A DNA stretch of 64,000 nt from Octopus sinensis (lineage: Eukaryota): NCBI RefSeq assembly GCF_006345805.1, contig NC_042999.1:150536001-150600000 (forward strand), written 5' to 3'. The position numbers and the translations under genes are program-made. The notes below the pieces were generated by a model, which had not been told where the DNA came from, made no database searches, and saw only the letters and a program-made list of their open reading frames with translations. Numbering within the stretch: position 1 is the stretch's first letter; every line of letters begins with the position of its first letter. Positions 63,377 through 64,000 of the stretch are shown piece by piece.

Positions 63377-63449
63377 GGCCGCGTGGCCTAATGGATAAGG
63401 CGTCTGACTTCGAATCAGAAGATTGCGAGTTCGAATCTCGTCGTGGTCG
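63377..63449 (+). tRNA. tRNA-Arg (anticodon TCG), second copy
   Basis: Identical to the 61392 copy except at 2 loop positions; T-run at about 63460-63467. Confidence 0.96.
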
Positions 63450-64000
63450 GCATAAAAGGCTTTTTTTGTCTTTTCTTTTTGATGTCTTGATTACTGTTAA
63501 TATTTGTCTTCTTCGCAAACTAAACAGAAACAAAACTTGAAAGCATGAAAATTCAGCCTTTTGTTCTCGATTATCAGTCCAGTGTAATTACTTGGTCATT
63601 TGTTTTGCAGCAGGATTCAACAAAAGTACTCTCACGGATCTTTTATTATTGCCACTTGTTTATTCTCTTTCATCAATATAAAAATTGGCTAGAAAGGTTT
63701 ACTTGCTTGACAAAGGCAAGAATAATAACAATCTACAGACTAACACCTTCTCTCGGTGAGAAGAAGGAAGACAGTCAGTGTCAGTGACATTTGTAGATGG
63801 CGTACGTTTGTAAGATCAATCAGATTACAATTGAGGCTGAGCATCCGGAGGGGAAAGATTGCCACAGTGGGAATTGAGGGGACTTTAAACCTTGAGAAGG
63901 GAAGATTGGATAAGTGTGTCGTAATTTTGTCATTAATAGTTTCCCATAGTTTTCTCTGTACACATACATTAAGTAAAGAAACGTCTGTTATAGCTTTTAC

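Overview
AT-rich, repeat-dense animal genomic DNA. The SINE families and microsatellite load point to an octopus/coleoid cephalopod (inference). The only protein-coding gene is a complete 15-exon ATAD3 mitochondrial AAA+ ATPase on the minus strand (ATG 42100, stop 10472; 1929 nt CDS, 642 aa). All its introns are GT-AG and in phase, and the protein ends in a Ser/Pro tail that looks microsatellite-derived. There are two intact tRNA-Arg(TCG) genes (61392-61464, 63377-63449) and a truncated tRNA-Pro(CGG) pseudogene. The rest is mobile DNA: RTE LINE fragments and their very abundant (GAT)n-tailed 3' UTR, three tRNA-derived SINE families, four non-autonomous Helitrons, mariner/Tc1/Tigger/piggyBac-type fossils and MITEs, R4/Dong-like elements embedded in (CATA)n, and Tx1 and CR1 scraps. 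The most interesting hidden signal is a set of Penelope-type minimal hammerhead-ribozyme motifs from about five unrelated sequence families, mostly inside fold-back elements; the one at 47462-47506 is essentially intact. There is also a visible CpG-decay contrast between repeats inside and outside the gene body. Almost all ORFs in the supplied track are spurious repeat or microsatellite translations. TE boundaries were read by eye and are approximate unless TIR/TSD are quoted.
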